A stretch of DNA of 64,000 nt, taken from contig JACRCC010000032.1 in assembly GCA_016234405.1 (NCBI GenBank), positions 4,360 through 68,359 of the forward strand. Reading direction: 5' to 3'. This document shows positions 1-9,842 of this stretch, one piece after another. A program made the position numbers and the translations under genes. The notes under the pieces are model-generated. The model was not told where the DNA came from, made no database searches, and saw only the letters and a list, made by a program, of their open reading frames with translations. The first letter of the stretch is position 1. Each line of letters starts with the position of its first letter. This DNA comes from Deltaproteobacteria bacterium (GTDB lineage: Bacteria > Desulfobacterota > GWC2-55-46).

Positions 1-371
1 AACTCAGCGACGCCTTGCCTCACGCAGCTGAGTTTCATGGGCTTAGCTATACGGTATACATCGGCGGGCCGGTAATGCCCAACGGCATGACGGCGCTCAT
101 AAGGTCTTCCGAGCAAATCCACGGGGCCGCCCGCGTGTTCGGGGACGTTCATGTAAGCCCGAGCCTCGATGCGATTAAAGGCATTATCGGAAAAAATACC
201 CGCACGTTGCGCTTCTTTGCCGGTTACGCGGGCTGGGGGCCGCGCCAACTCGACGGCGAGGTGGCGCGCGGAGGCTGGCACGTGCTGCCGGCCGACGCGG
301 AGACGGTCTTTACCATGTCCCCGGCCGAGGTATGGTCGAGGCTGATGCTGATATTAAACGCAACAAATTGA
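1..371 (+). CDS. YqgE/AlgH family protein (UPF0301), 5'-truncated by the window edge
   Basis: C-terminal motifs 'YIGGPV' and 'FAGYAGWGPRQLDGEV..W.VLPAD' match YqgE/AlgH. The ORF is open to position 1. Confidence 0.7.
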   Translation, partial: LSDALPHAAEFHGLSYTVYIGGPVMPNGMTALIRSSEQIHGAARVFGDVHVSPSLDAIKGIIGKNTRTLRFFAGYAGWGPRQLDGEVARGGWHVLPADAETVFTMSPAEVWSRLMLILNATN

Positions 372-496
372 CCTTTCATGAAACATGGGGGTTGTCCCAA
401 CATTCCTATAGAAAAAACTCCTTACAGGGTGTATGCTTAACGATGTCAGTTTTAGTTGTTCGCCAAATCCTATTATCGCGTCAAGAGGTATAACCC

Positions 497-814
497 GTGC
501 AAATAGCAATGGAGTTAAAAGTTCCGGCCTCTGTAAAAAAGAGGGGCAAATATTTTATCTCTTGCTGCCCGGTCCTTGACGTGTGTTCTCAGGGCGCGAC
601 CAAAAAAAAGGCTCTTGATAACCTTACCGAGGCGTTAAGCCTGTTTCTCTTATCCTGCTTCGAACGCGGAACCCTTGATAAGGTTTTAAAAGGAAGCGGC
701 TTCGTGCCCGCGAAGGCGGGTATAAAAGACAAACCCTTTCCGTCAAAATATGAAACACTGGACATCCCGCTCCCGTTCCATATCAAAAAAGACCCTCATC
801 AATGCCGCGTCTGA
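497..814 (+). CDS. hicB: HicB-like antitoxin (UPF0150 family)
   Basis: 'KYFISCCPVLDVCSQGATKKKALDNLTEALSLFL' matches the HicB N-terminal domain 'Y.A.CP.LPGC.SQG.T.EEAL.N..EAI'. Confidence 0.6.
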   Translation: MQIAMELKVPASVKKRGKYFISCCPVLDVCSQGATKKKALDNLTEALSLFLLSCFERGTLDKVLKGSGFVPAKAGIKDKPFPSKYETLDIPLPFHIKKDPHQCRV

Positions 815-1033
815 CCCCCCGTACACTGGAAGCGCCTCAAGTGCGTCTTTGAAAAGACCGGTTTTGAAGAAGAACGTGCCATTGGTTCCCACATAGTCCT
901 CGTGAAAAAAGGCGTTCCCCGTCCCATTGTAATCCCAAGATACGACGCCGTAGGCATAGACATCATCAAATCAAATTTACGCACTGCAAACATGTCCCGC
1001 GAAGACTTCTTCAGACTTATGGGTTTGCGCTGA
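802..1033 (+). pseudogene. hicA: HicA/YcfA-like mRNA interferase toxin, reading frame broken in a C6 homopolymer
   Basis: The ATG at 802 gives MPRLTP, which then runs out of frame. Frame 2 from 815 encodes 'PPVHWKRLKCVFEKTGFEEERAIGSHIVLVKKGVPRPIVIPRYDAVGIDIIKSNL..', a YcfA/HicA fold with the GSH motif but with no in-frame start. Removing one C from CCCCCC (815-820) restores a roughly 76-aa HicA. Confidence 0.5.
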
Positions 1034-1160
1034 GCCTTGCGTAGTCCTGCGCATTGCTGCATTTTGAACGCCCCTCCCTCAACAAGCATCGCGAGTGGAC
1101 TGCCCGCGGCAAGCCGCGGGCAGGAGCGAGCGAACAACAATCGTAAGATTCCTTGCTTGT

Positions 1161-1196
1161 AAAACCCGAAGCAGCAAGGCTGCTTCGGGTTTTTAT
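1161..1196 (+). terminator. Rho-independent terminator after hicA
   Basis: 10-bp perfect stem cccgaagcag / ctgcttcggg with a 5-nt loop, followed by TTTTTAT. An A-run precedes it, so it may be bidirectional. Confidence 0.6.
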
Positions 1197-1254
1197 CCCC
1201 TTGCCAACATTAGGCTAAAAAGATACAATCGCTCAAAACCTTAAGGAGTTTTTC

Positions 1255-3681
1255 ATGCCGGGAAGATTTCTCGCAGCCCTCAAAAAAGGACCGATTCTGT
1301 TCGACGGCGCAATGGGAACCATGCTCCAGAGGCTCGGCCTGAAGCCCGGCGGCTGCCCGGACGAGCTTGCGCTTACGAACCCGGGTCTTCTCAATAAAAT
1401 ACACTCGTCCTACATTGACGCCGGGGCCGACGTGGTAACAACCAACACCTTTGGCGCGAACAGGATCAAACTCGCGGAATATAGCCTCGAAACAAAACTC
1501 TCCTCGATTAACGTCGCAGCCGCAAGATGCGCGCGCGCGGCGGCAGGTAAAAGCCTCGTCGCGGGCGGCATAGGGCCGACCGGCAAATTCGTGGAGCCGG
1601 TCGGAGACCTGCCTTTCGACGCGGCGGTTGAGATTTTTACCGAGCAGGCCGCGGCCCTTAAAAAAGGCGGCGTTGACCTCATCATAATCGAGACCATGAT
1701 GGACATAAAAGAGATGAAGGCCGCGATTATCGGCGCAAGAACGACAGGGCTGCCCATTGTCGCCACCATGACCTTCGACGAGACATTGAGAACCGTGCTC
1801 GGCACTCCGCCTGAGTCTTTCGCAATAATGGCCGCAGGACTCGACGTTGCCGCAATCGGCGCAAACTGCTCGCTCGGCATAGAAGGGATATTGAAGGCCG
1901 TAACTGCAATGGCCTCGGTGACGGACGTGCCTCTTATAGCGCAGCCCAACGCCGGGATACCGGTTTTAAGGGGGAAAGAAACCGTCTTTCCGTCTTCCCC
2001 GGATGAAATGGCCTCGGTCGTGCCGAGGCTCGTAGAGACCGGAGTCCGCGTCCTCGGCGGCTGCTGCGGCACCACGCCCGAACACATAATAAAAATGGGC
2101 AGGGTCTTTAAATCCCGAAGGCCAGCCAAGAAAAAAACACCCGTCTCTTTTACCGCGCTCTCGAGCAGGACTTCTTTTACCCTTTTCGGCGGCGGACTCC
2201 CGCCCATTGTAATCGGCGAGCGCATAAACCCGACTGGCAAAAAGGCCATGGCCGATGAACTCAAAGAGGCAAAGACCTCCGTGGTCAGAAACTTTGCGCG
2301 GCAGCAGGAGACCTCAGGCGCGCACGCCCTCGACGTAAACGTAGGGGTGCCCGGCTTAGACGAGGTCTCGGCGATGCAAAGGGCCGTGTTTGCCGTCAAC
2401 GAAAATTCCAAACTACCCATTGTCATTGATTCGTCCAGCCCTGAGGCCGTAATCGCGGGACTCAAATCCGTTGACGGAAGGCCTCTTATAAATTCCATAA
2501 GCGGCGAGGAGAAAAAACTCTCCGCCATACTCCCCATTGCAAAGGACTACGGCGCGGCCGTCCTCGCCCTCACCCTTAACGACAAGGGCATCCCGGACTC
2601 GGCCCAAGGCAGGCTCAAGGCCGCGGAGAGAATTTTAAAACGCGCGATGAAGGCGGGAATGAGCCGCGTTGACGTGGTCTTTGACTGCCTTGCAATGACC
2701 GTGAGCGCCGCGCCTGCAAGCGCTATCGAAACGCTCAAGGCGATAAGACTCATCAAGGAAAGGCTCGGCTGCGGGGCCGTTTTGGGCGTGAGTAACATCT
2801 CATTCGGCCTGCCTGAAAGAGAGGTCATAAACGCTAATTTTCTCTCGATGGCGCTTGCGGCCGGGTTAGACGCCGCGATAATCAACCCCAACAACAAGGC
2901 GATGATGGACGCATACCACTCGTCCATTGTGCTCCTCAATAAAGATCTGCGCGCCGAGCGATACATCAAAAGACATCAGGCAACAATCCCGATTACCTCT
3001 ACGCGGGAAGTCGTTGCCCCCGTTGCTCCAATCGGCGCAAAGTCCATCGCTGAAAAAATATCCGCCGCCGTTATCGAGGGCGACGAGGAAAACATCGTCT
3101 CCCTCGTGGAGGCAGCGCTAAAAGAAGGCTGGCAACCCATCAAGATAAGCAACGACGGCCTCATACCCGGCCTTACCGAGGTGGGCAAACTATTCGCCTG
3201 CAATAAATATTACCTGCCCCAGGTCATGCTCTCAGCCGATACCATGAAAAAGGCGTTTAGCCGCCTCAAAAAAGAACTCACGGGCGCAAAGGGGCCGAGA
3301 CAAGGGAAGGTGCTCCTTGCGACCGTGGAGGGCGACATCCACGACATCGGCAAAAATATCGTGGCCACGCTCCTTGAAAACCACGGCTTCGAGGTGATAG
3401 ATCTGGGCAAGAACGTCCCGTCCGACAAGATAGTATCCGAGGCCGCGAAGAACAAGGTGGACATAGTCGGCCTCTCCGCCCTCATGACCACGACAGTCAT
3501 GGAGATGGACAAGGTCATAAAACTCCTTAACGAGCGCGGCATAAAGGCCATGACCATAGTCGGCGGCGCGGTCGTAACCGAGGAGTTCTCCAAAAAGATC
3601 GGCATCGGCAAAACCGTTTACGGCGGCGACGCGCTCTCGGCAATCGAAAAAATCAAAAACATGATAAAGGCCTCCAAATAA
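1255..3681 (+). CDS. metH: Methionine synthase, short form (Hcy-binding + pterin-binding + B12-binding/cap, no AdoMet reactivation domain)
   Basis: Hcy S-methyltransferase N-terminus; pterin-binding region ('DVNVG', 'INSIS'); B12 motif 'DIHDIGKN...GFEVIDLG'. 808 aa. AAGGAG Shine-Dalgarno 8 nt upstream. Confidence 0.9.
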   Translation: MPGRFLAALKKGPILFDGAMGTMLQRLGLKPGGCPDELALTNPGLLNKIHSSYIDAGADVVTTNTFGANRIKLAEYSLETKLSSINVAAARCARAAAGKSLVAGGIGPTGKFVEPVGDLPFDAAVEIFTEQAAALKKGGVDLIIIETMMDIKEMKAAIIGARTTGLPIVATMTFDETLRTVLGTPPESFAIMAAGLDVAAIGANCSLGIEGILKAVTAMASVTDVPLIAQPNAGIPVLRGKETVFPSSPDEMASVVPRLVETGVRVLGGCCGTTPEHIIKMGRVFKSRRPAKKKTPVSFTALSSRTSFTLFGGGLPPIVIGERINPTGKKAMADELKEAKTSVVRNFARQQETSGAHALDVNVGVPGLDEVSAMQRAVFAVNENSKLPIVIDSSSPEAVIAGLKSVDGRPLINSISGEEKKLSAILPIAKDYGAAVLALTLNDKGIPDSAQGRLKAAERILKRAMKAGMSRVDVVFDCLAMTVSAAPASAIETLKAIRLIKERLGCGAVLGVSNISFGLPEREVINANFLSMALAAGLDAAIINPNNKAMMDAYHSSIVLLNKDLRAERYIKRHQATIPITSTREVVAPVAPIGAKSIAEKISAAVIEGDEENIVSLVEAALKEGWQPIKISNDGLIPGLTEVGKLFACNKYYLPQVMLSADTMKKAFSRLKKELTGAKGPRQGKVLLATVEGDIHDIGKNIVATLLENHGFEVIDLGKNVPSDKIVSEAAKNKVDIVGLSALMTTTVMEMDKVIKLLNERGIKAMTIVGGAVVTEEFSKKIGIGKTVYGGDALSAIEKIKNMIKASK

Positions 3682-3784
3682 TCCACCTCCGCCATTTGGA
3701 ACATACCGCCGGCAGTGCCCGGTTAAAAAACGGCATTCCATGCGGGCGACGCGGCCTTATGACTGAAAAGAAACCTCAAAACCC

Positions 3785-3814
3785 TTGAAAGAAACCGCCC
3801 GGCTGTGATAATAT
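3785..3814 (+). promoter_or_regulatory. Candidate sigma70 promoter for greA (TTGAAA-N18-TAATAT with an upstream TG)
   Basis: Hexamers read directly from the sequence. The position is appropriate upstream of greA. Confidence 0.35.
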
Positions 3815-3818
3815 TGAA

Positions 3819-3851
3819 CCCTCGAAGGGGGGCATACCCCCTTCGAAGGGA
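3819..3851 (+). other. GC-rich hairpin in the greA leader (ccctcgaagggggg-cata-ccccccttcgaaggg)
   Basis: Near-perfect 14-bp inverted repeat with no following T-run. Possible leader or attenuator structure. Confidence 0.4.
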
Positions 3852-4001
3852 ATACCCCCTGACCCACCGAGGTCTTGAAAAAACCGGGGCCGCGCGAGAT
3901 ATACAATCCTGCTCCGCCCCTTCCCTTGCTGGAGATCTCCGCGGCCAAGGTAGCGTTTGCGTTGCCGGTCTCGTGAGACGGCATAAAGAAAGGATATTTA
4001 A

Positions 4002-4496
4002 ATGATGCACGATCTCCCCATACTCAAACAACTAAAAGAAGAACTCCAGAAGGTTGACAGGGAGCTTCGCATAGACGTGCCCAAGGAACTGCGCAAAGCC
4101 GCGGCGCACGGGGACTTCCGCGAAAATTCGGAGTACGAGGCCGCCAAACAGAGGCAATCGTTTCTGCAGGCGCGGGTGGCGCACCTCACGTCAAGGGTAA
4201 ACCTCCTGATGTCGCTGAAACTCGAAAACATCCCCAAGGACGCGGTTGGGTTCGGCTCAAGGGTGCATCTGCGCGATGTGAATTCCGGCGCAGAGGTCGT
4301 CTACGAGCTTGTAACCCCTGAAGAGGTTGACCCGAGGAACGGCAAGATTTCCGTAAGCTCCCCAATCGGAAAGGCCCTGCTCAACAAGGCATCCGGGGAA
4401 GAGGCGGCGATAAACCTGCCGACGGGCTTAAAGGAATACGAGGTCACCGAGATATACACGCTGCACGACCTTTTTTTCAGAAAGGCGGATAAATAA
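4002..4496 (+). CDS. greA: Transcription elongation factor GreA
   Basis: Full-length similarity to GreA, including the N-terminal coiled coil and the FKBP-like C-terminal domain. Confidence 0.9.
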   Translation: MMHDLPILKQLKEELQKVDRELRIDVPKELRKAAAHGDFRENSEYEAAKQRQSFLQARVAHLTSRVNLLMSLKLENIPKDAVGFGSRVHLRDVNSGAEVVYELVTPEEVDPRNGKISVSSPIGKALLNKASGEEAAINLPTGLKEYEVTEIYTLHDLFFRKADK

Positions 4497-4676
4497 CGCC
4501 CTAAATTTTTCGCGGAGTTTACGCTGAAGCGTTGCGAATGTGCTCTGTCTAAAATGACATGCCGAGGGGGATGCTTAAGTAAGGCATTTTATACGAAGGC
4601 GTTCATAACAGTTTCGCAGCAGATAACATCGGGAAACAATTCGGGACACGTAAACAATTAGGGACAACGGGTCTTT

Positions 4677-6383
4677 CTACCCTTCCAACGCCTTCCTAAC
4701 CTCTCCCGCCGCGTCGTCCACCCTTACGAGCGTAACCTCTCCGCCTCTGCGTTTTTTTATCTCGACGAGTCCCTGTTTCAGATTCCTCTCGCCGATGGTT
4801 ACCCTCACCGGTATACCGATTAGGTCAGCGTCCTTAAACTTCACCCCTGCCCTGTCGTCGCGGTCGTCCATGAGAACTTCGAGGCCGCCATCCTTGAGCG
4901 CGGCATAGAGCGCCTCCGCGGCCTTCATGGTCCCCGCGTCCTTCACGTTCACAGGAAGCACCTCGCAATCAAATGGCGCAAGAGGCCGGGGCCAGATAAT
5001 CCCGAATTCGTCATGGTTCTGCTCGATGGAGGCCGCGGCGGTCCTGCCTATGCCGATGCCGTAGCAGCCCATGATAAAGGGACGGACTTTACCGGCCGGG
5101 TCCAAAAACGTCGCTTTCATGGCCTCCGAATATTTCGCGCCGAGCTTGAATATGTGCCCCACCTCTATCCCGCGCCTGATGGCAAGAGTCCCGTTAGCGC
5201 ACCTCGGACACCCGTCTCCGTTTACGACTGCCCTGATGTCGAAATACTCGGCCTTGAAATCCCGCGCAGGGTTTACGTTGGTAAGGTGCGCGTCCGCGGC
5301 GTTTGCGCCCGTTATTCCGTTGACGATTTGTCTTACGCTGTAATCGGCCGCTATCCTGCACTTGAGCCCCATTGGCCCTGCAAACCCGGTTGGCGCGCCT
5401 GTGGTCTTCGTAACGGTCTCGTCGGTTGCGAGCCTCACCCGCTCGGCGCCGAGCGCCCTCTTGAGCTTCATCTCGTTTATGTCGAAATTCCCCGCCACAA
5501 GCGCGGCGATAACACCCTTGTCCGTATCGTAGATGAGAGTCTTTATGAGGTTTTTGGGCGAAGTCTTTATAAAACCAGAAACCTCCTCAACCGACTTTTT
5601 CCCCGGCGTTGACACCCGCTCGATATTCTTTTCAACGCACGAATCCCGCGCAGCGGGCGCTGTCGCCCGTATCCCCGCCCTCTCGACATTGGCGGCGTAA
5701 GAGCAGGCGTTGCAAAAGGCAATCGCGTCTTCGCCCGTGTCGGCCATTACCATAAACTCGTGCGAAAAAGCCCCGCCGATGCTGCCGGTGTCGGCCTCGA
5801 CCGCCCTGAATTCCAGCCCGCACCTCTCGAAGATGCGCGAATACGTGTCAAACATGTTCTTGTATTCCCGCGCCGCGCACTCATCCGTCGCATGGAACGA
5901 ATAGGCGTCCTTCATGGTGAACTCCCTGCCCCTCATAAGCCCGAAACGCGGGCGTATCTCGTCCCTGAACTTCGTCTGTATCTGATAGAGGTTTAAGGGA
6001 AGTTCCTTGTATGAGCGCACAGCGCCCCTAACCATGTCGGTTATGACCTCTTCGTGAGTGGGGGCAAGGCAAAATTCCCTGTCGTGCCTGTCTTTCACGC
6101 GCAAAAGCTCTTTTCCGTAGGCCTCCCACCGTCCGCTCTCCTTCCACAATTCGGAAGGCACGACAACGGGCATGACCACCTCTTGCGCGCCCGCGGCGTT
6201 CATCTCGGCGCGAACGATGCCTTCCACCTTTGCGATGACGCGCGCGCCCAAAGGCAGCAGGTTGTAAATCCCTGCCGCGACTTTCCTTATCATCCCGGAG
6301 CGCATCATCAGCTTCTGGCTTATGACGTCCGCGTCAGAGGGGTCTTCCTTTAGCGTGGGCAGCAGCATCTTTGAAAAGCGCAT
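4677..6383 (-). CDS. proS: Proline--tRNA ligase (bacterial type with editing domain)
   Basis: ProRS class II motifs. The ORF-track start at 6413 is a GTG. The ATG at 6383 (MRFSKMLLPTLKE) has AAGGAG 7 nt upstream. Confidence 0.9.
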   Translation of the reverse strand: MRFSKMLLPTLKEDPSDADVISQKLMMRSGMIRKVAAGIYNLLPLGARVIAKVEGIVRAEMNAAGAQEVVMPVVVPSELWKESGRWEAYGKELLRVKDRHDREFCLAPTHEEVITDMVRGAVRSYKELPLNLYQIQTKFRDEIRPRFGLMRGREFTMKDAYSFHATDECAAREYKNMFDTYSRIFERCGLEFRAVEADTGSIGGAFSHEFMVMADTGEDAIAFCNACSYAANVERAGIRATAPAARDSCVEKNIERVSTPGKKSVEEVSGFIKTSPKNLIKTLIYDTDKGVIAALVAGNFDINEMKLKRALGAERVRLATDETVTKTTGAPTGFAGPMGLKCRIAADYSVRQIVNGITGANAADAHLTNVNPARDFKAEYFDIRAVVNGDGCPRCANGTLAIRRGIEVGHIFKLGAKYSEAMKATFLDPAGKVRPFIMGCYGIGIGRTAAASIEQNHDEFGIIWPRPLAPFDCEVLPVNVKDAGTMKAAEALYAALKDGGLEVLMDDRDDRAGVKFKDADLIGIPVRVTIGERNLKQGLVEIKKRRGGEVTLVRVDDAAGEVRKALEG

Positions 6384-6458
6384 CGCGTCTCTCCTTGAAT
6401 ACCATACGTTCACACATCGCTGCCGTTTTCGTTTTTACACGGTCACGGTTCACGGCCG

Positions 6459-8402
6459 TTAAGGCATGTTCTCCTGATACACTTTAATCTTGGCCTTTTC
6501 CCGCAGGTCCTTGAGCCACTTGTTGACGCCCTCTTCTTCTTTTTGCGCCTGAAGACGCTTTTTCAACTCGTCTTTGTCCTTATCAAATCCCTTGGTATCC
6601 GCGTCCTTTATCTCTTTGAGCCTGAAGACGAAATGCCTTCCGCCGGATTGGAGCGGGTCGGGAAAATAAGGCGCGGACTTGTCAAGGTTGAAGAACCTGT
6701 CGTCTCCGCCCGCAAAGACGTTGAGTTTCTTTATAGTCCCGTCTTTCTTACTGAAAGGGCCGGTCTCGGCGACTTTAAACTTTTCCTTTTTGGCAAGGGC
6801 GAAGAAGTCCTCACCGCCTTTGACCTTTTTGAGGAACGCTGCGGCCGCGTTTTTGGCCTCTTCCTCGGCCTTTTCCAAACGCAGTTTCTTCTTCACTATT
6901 TCGCTTATGAGCTTATACTCCGGGACGCGCGCGTCAACGCGCTCGACAATCTTTATGAGATAAAAACCCTCGTGGGTCTGCAGCGGTCGGCTGACCTCGC
7001 CTTCGCGCAGCGCAAACGCCGCGTCGCGCAGGACGTCTTGGCGCGCAAACTCCGTAAGATTATCGGCCTCGGAGAAAAGGCCCGTTGAAAAAACTTTAAC
7101 GTATTTGCGTCCGGCAGCGGCCTTTTTTAATTCCTCGACGTTCTTTGCGTCTTTGAAGGGTTTATCAAGGGCTATTATTATGTCCTTTGCCTCCACCCAC
7201 GACTTTTGAACGAGGAGCGTCTTTCGGAGCGCGCCCTCCGCGTCTTTTAAAGAGGTCTTGCCTCCGCCCCTTCTCTCCTCAGCCAAGATTATGTGAAAAC
7301 CATAACCTGACTCTACCGCGGCGCTTATCTCGCCCTTCTTGAGCGCAAACAGCCCGTCTTCAAAGGGCTTTACCATCATGCCGCGTTTTACCCATCCGAG
7401 GTCCCCGCCCTTTTCCTTTGAGCCGGGGTCCATCGAATATTTTTTCGCAAGCTGTGCGAACCGCGAGGGGATACCCCTGCCAGCGGCTTTTTTTAGTTCC
7501 TTGATGATTTCTTCGGCCTTTTTCCGCGCATCTTCCTTTGCCTTTGCGCCGTCCTTTTCCTTGGGGTCGGGCGGTATGAGTATGTGCCTTGCCTTTATCT
7601 CCTCGGGCGTCTCGAACTCCTTTGGATTTTTTTCGTAGTATTCCTTAATCTCTTCAGCGGAGACTAAAACGGCCTTTGCAGCCTCCTTGAAATCAACAAA
7701 GGCGTAGAATGCGTTTACCTTAACCGGGGTCATGAACATGGAGCCGTTTTTCTTGAGATACTCCGCAGCCTCATCGTCCGTGACCTTAACCATATCAACG
7801 AAGCGTCCCGCGTCCACGGCAACGTAATCAAGATTTATCTTTTTGTTTTCCCTTTGATAGGCCTTGCGCGCTTCGTCATCCGTAACCGTCACAACGCCTA
7901 CGGCCGCAACGCGGGCCTTTTCAACGAGCATATCCTCCTCGATGCTCTTCTCAAAATCGCGCTCTTTGTATCTATTGGCGGCGAGCACCTTTTTGTAGAC
8001 CTCGATGTCAAAGACACCGGCTTTGGAAAACGCGGGTATGGCCTTTATGGTGTCTTGAACCTCCGCTACGCTTGCAGCCATGCCCTTCGACTTAGCGTCG
8101 TTTTTGGCGAGTATCCTGTTGATGAGGATGTCGAGGGATTTCTGCTTCAACTGCATCTTCTCCATCGTCTCGTCCGAGAGCTTTCCTCCAAACATCCCCT
8201 TATAGTAATCCGTCTGTCTCCTGTAGATGGCCGTAAAATCCTTTGCGGAAATGGTCTCCCCGTCAACCGCAGCCACTGCGGCCCCGTCCTTTTCGCCGTA
8301 TTTAGACGGGCCGGCTCCCCAGAAGATAAAAACGATTACGATGGCGGCAAAGACCAGCAATATTACTACGGAACTCTTTCTTTTTCTCAAGCTTTCAAGC
8401 AT
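6459..8402 (-). CDS. ppiD: Periplasmic chaperone PpiD / SurA-N plus parvulin PPIase domain protein
   Basis: N-terminal TM anchor, SurA_N-like region, and a rotamase motif 'ARHILI...GGDLGW'. AAGGAG Shine-Dalgarno. Confidence 0.75.
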   Translation of the reverse strand: MLESLRKRKSSVVILLVFAAIVIVFIFWGAGPSKYGEKDGAAVAAVDGETISAKDFTAIYRRQTDYYKGMFGGKLSDETMEKMQLKQKSLDILINRILAKNDAKSKGMAASVAEVQDTIKAIPAFSKAGVFDIEVYKKVLAANRYKERDFEKSIEEDMLVEKARVAAVGVVTVTDDEARKAYQRENKKINLDYVAVDAGRFVDMVKVTDDEAAEYLKKNGSMFMTPVKVNAFYAFVDFKEAAKAVLVSAEEIKEYYEKNPKEFETPEEIKARHILIPPDPKEKDGAKAKEDARKKAEEIIKELKKAAGRGIPSRFAQLAKKYSMDPGSKEKGGDLGWVKRGMMVKPFEDGLFALKKGEISAAVESGYGFHIILAEERRGGGKTSLKDAEGALRKTLLVQKSWVEAKDIIIALDKPFKDAKNVEELKKAAAGRKYVKVFSTGLFSEADNLTEFARQDVLRDAAFALREGEVSRPLQTHEGFYLIKIVERVDARVPEYKLISEIVKKKLRLEKAEEEAKNAAAAFLKKVKGGEDFFALAKKEKFKVAETGPFSKKDGTIKKLNVFAGGDDRFFNLDKSAPYFPDPLQSGGRHFVFRLKEIKDADTKGFDKDKDELKKRLQAQKEEEGVNKWLKDLREKAKIKVYQENMP

Positions 8403-8625
8403 CTTGGACTCCTTGTAAACGGCGGGATGTAATTAAGGTCACTGATTAAACTCACCAGCGGAGTATGATAAAGAAAATTTGCCGTAAATTCAACTGATTT
8501 TATCCCTTTTGTCCTTGCATAGCTTATAAGTCTTCTGATATTATTATTGGGATAAACGCAGCGCCAAACGCCGCTAAATTCCACGCGCCGGAGCGCAACC
8601 GGTTTTTAAGGAGATACAAAGACCG

Positions 8626-9657
8626 ATGTTCAACTACATACTCGGCATGTTTTCAAACGACCTTGCGATAGATCTGGGCACCGCAAGCACTCTCATATAC
8701 GTCAAGGGCAAAGGCATCGTCACGAACGAGCCTTCGGTCGTTGCGGTTAAAAAAGACGGGCGCGGCAAAAGAGTGCTCGCCGTGGGCAAAGAGGCCAAGG
8801 CCATGCTCGGCAGGACCCCCGGCAACATCGCGGCAATCAGGCCGCTTAAAGACGGCGTCATAGCGGATTTCGAGGTCACCGAGGAGATGCTTAAATACTT
8901 CATCGCCAAGGTGCACAACCGCCGATTATTAGTGCGCCCGCGCATAATAATCGGCGTGCCCTCCGGCATAACGCAGGTCGAGAAAAGGGCCGTGAAGGAA
9001 TCCGCCTTCTCCGCCGGCGCGTCCGAGGTATACCTCATTGAAGAACCGATGGCCGCGGCCATCGGCGCTGGGCTGCCCATCACCGAACCATCCGGCAACA
9101 TGATAGTTGACATCGGGGGAGGCACGGCCGAGATAGCCGTCATATCGCTCGCGGGCATAGTGCAGGCCAAATCCGTGCGCATAGGCGGGGACAAATTGGA
9201 CGAGGCCATAGTCCAGTATATAAAGAGAAAATACAACCTCTCCATCGGCACCGGAGTAGCCGAAAGAATAAAGATGTCCGTCGGGCTTCCCCTGCTCGAG
9301 GAAAAACCCCCAAAGGTCGAGATAAAAGGCTCAAACCTCATAACCGGCATACCCACCACCCTTGAGATAGAGGCCTACGAGATACGCGAGGCATTGAACG
9401 AACCAATAAGCGCGCTCATAGACGCCGTCAAGCACGTCCTTGAGATGACCCCGCCTGAGCTGTCGGCCGACCTCGTTGACAAGGGAATCGTGCTTGCCGG
9501 AGGCGGGGCCCTGATAAGAAACCTCGACATAATACTCAGGGAAGAGACCAAACTTCCCGTAACCGTCGCGGAAGACCCCCTCACCTGCGTCGTCATGGGC
9601 GCGGGCAAGGTGCTCGACGAGATAAAACTCTTGAAGGACGTAACTATACCGGAATGA
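8626..9657 (+). CDS. mreB: Rod shape-determining protein MreB
   Basis: Actin-like ATPase motifs '[13 protein letters not shown]', '[11 protein letters not shown]'. Confidence 0.9.
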   Translation: MFNYILGMFSNDLAIDLGTASTLIYVKGKGIVTNEPSVVAVKKDGRGKRVLAVGKEAKAMLGRTPGNIAAIRPLKDGVIADFEVTEEMLKYFIAKVHNRRLLVRPRIIIGVPSGITQVEKRAVKESAFSAGASEVYLIEEPMAAAIGAGLPITEPSGNMIVDIGGGTAEIAVISLAGIVQAKSVRIGGDKLDEAIVQYIKRKYNLSIGTGVAERIKMSVGLPLLEEKPPKVEIKGSNLITGIPTTLEIEAYEIREALNEPISALIDAVKHVLEMTPPELSADLVDKGIVLAGGGALIRNLDIILREETKLPVTVAEDPLTCVVMGAGKVLDEIKLLKDVTIPE

Positions 9658-9842
9658 ACTCAGCGCCGTTTTTCATCGCGGACGTTAGCGCGGACTTCGC
9701 GGCAGCGCGATGAAAAGCGGCGCTGTGGAGTATCGAAGGGTTTTATGCTGAAATTGTCTCGAAGCAAGTTTAGAGAAATTAGACCCCGAAAGGGGAATAA
9801 CAGCGCGGCATTGCACCAGACCACAGGGGTGGCAGACTACCC

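Noticed and set aside
1410-2537. 375-aa ORF antisense to metH
   Set aside because: Lies entirely inside and opposite a confidently identified gene. Low-complexity Ser/Ala/Pro-rich translation typical of antisense frames in high-GC DNA.
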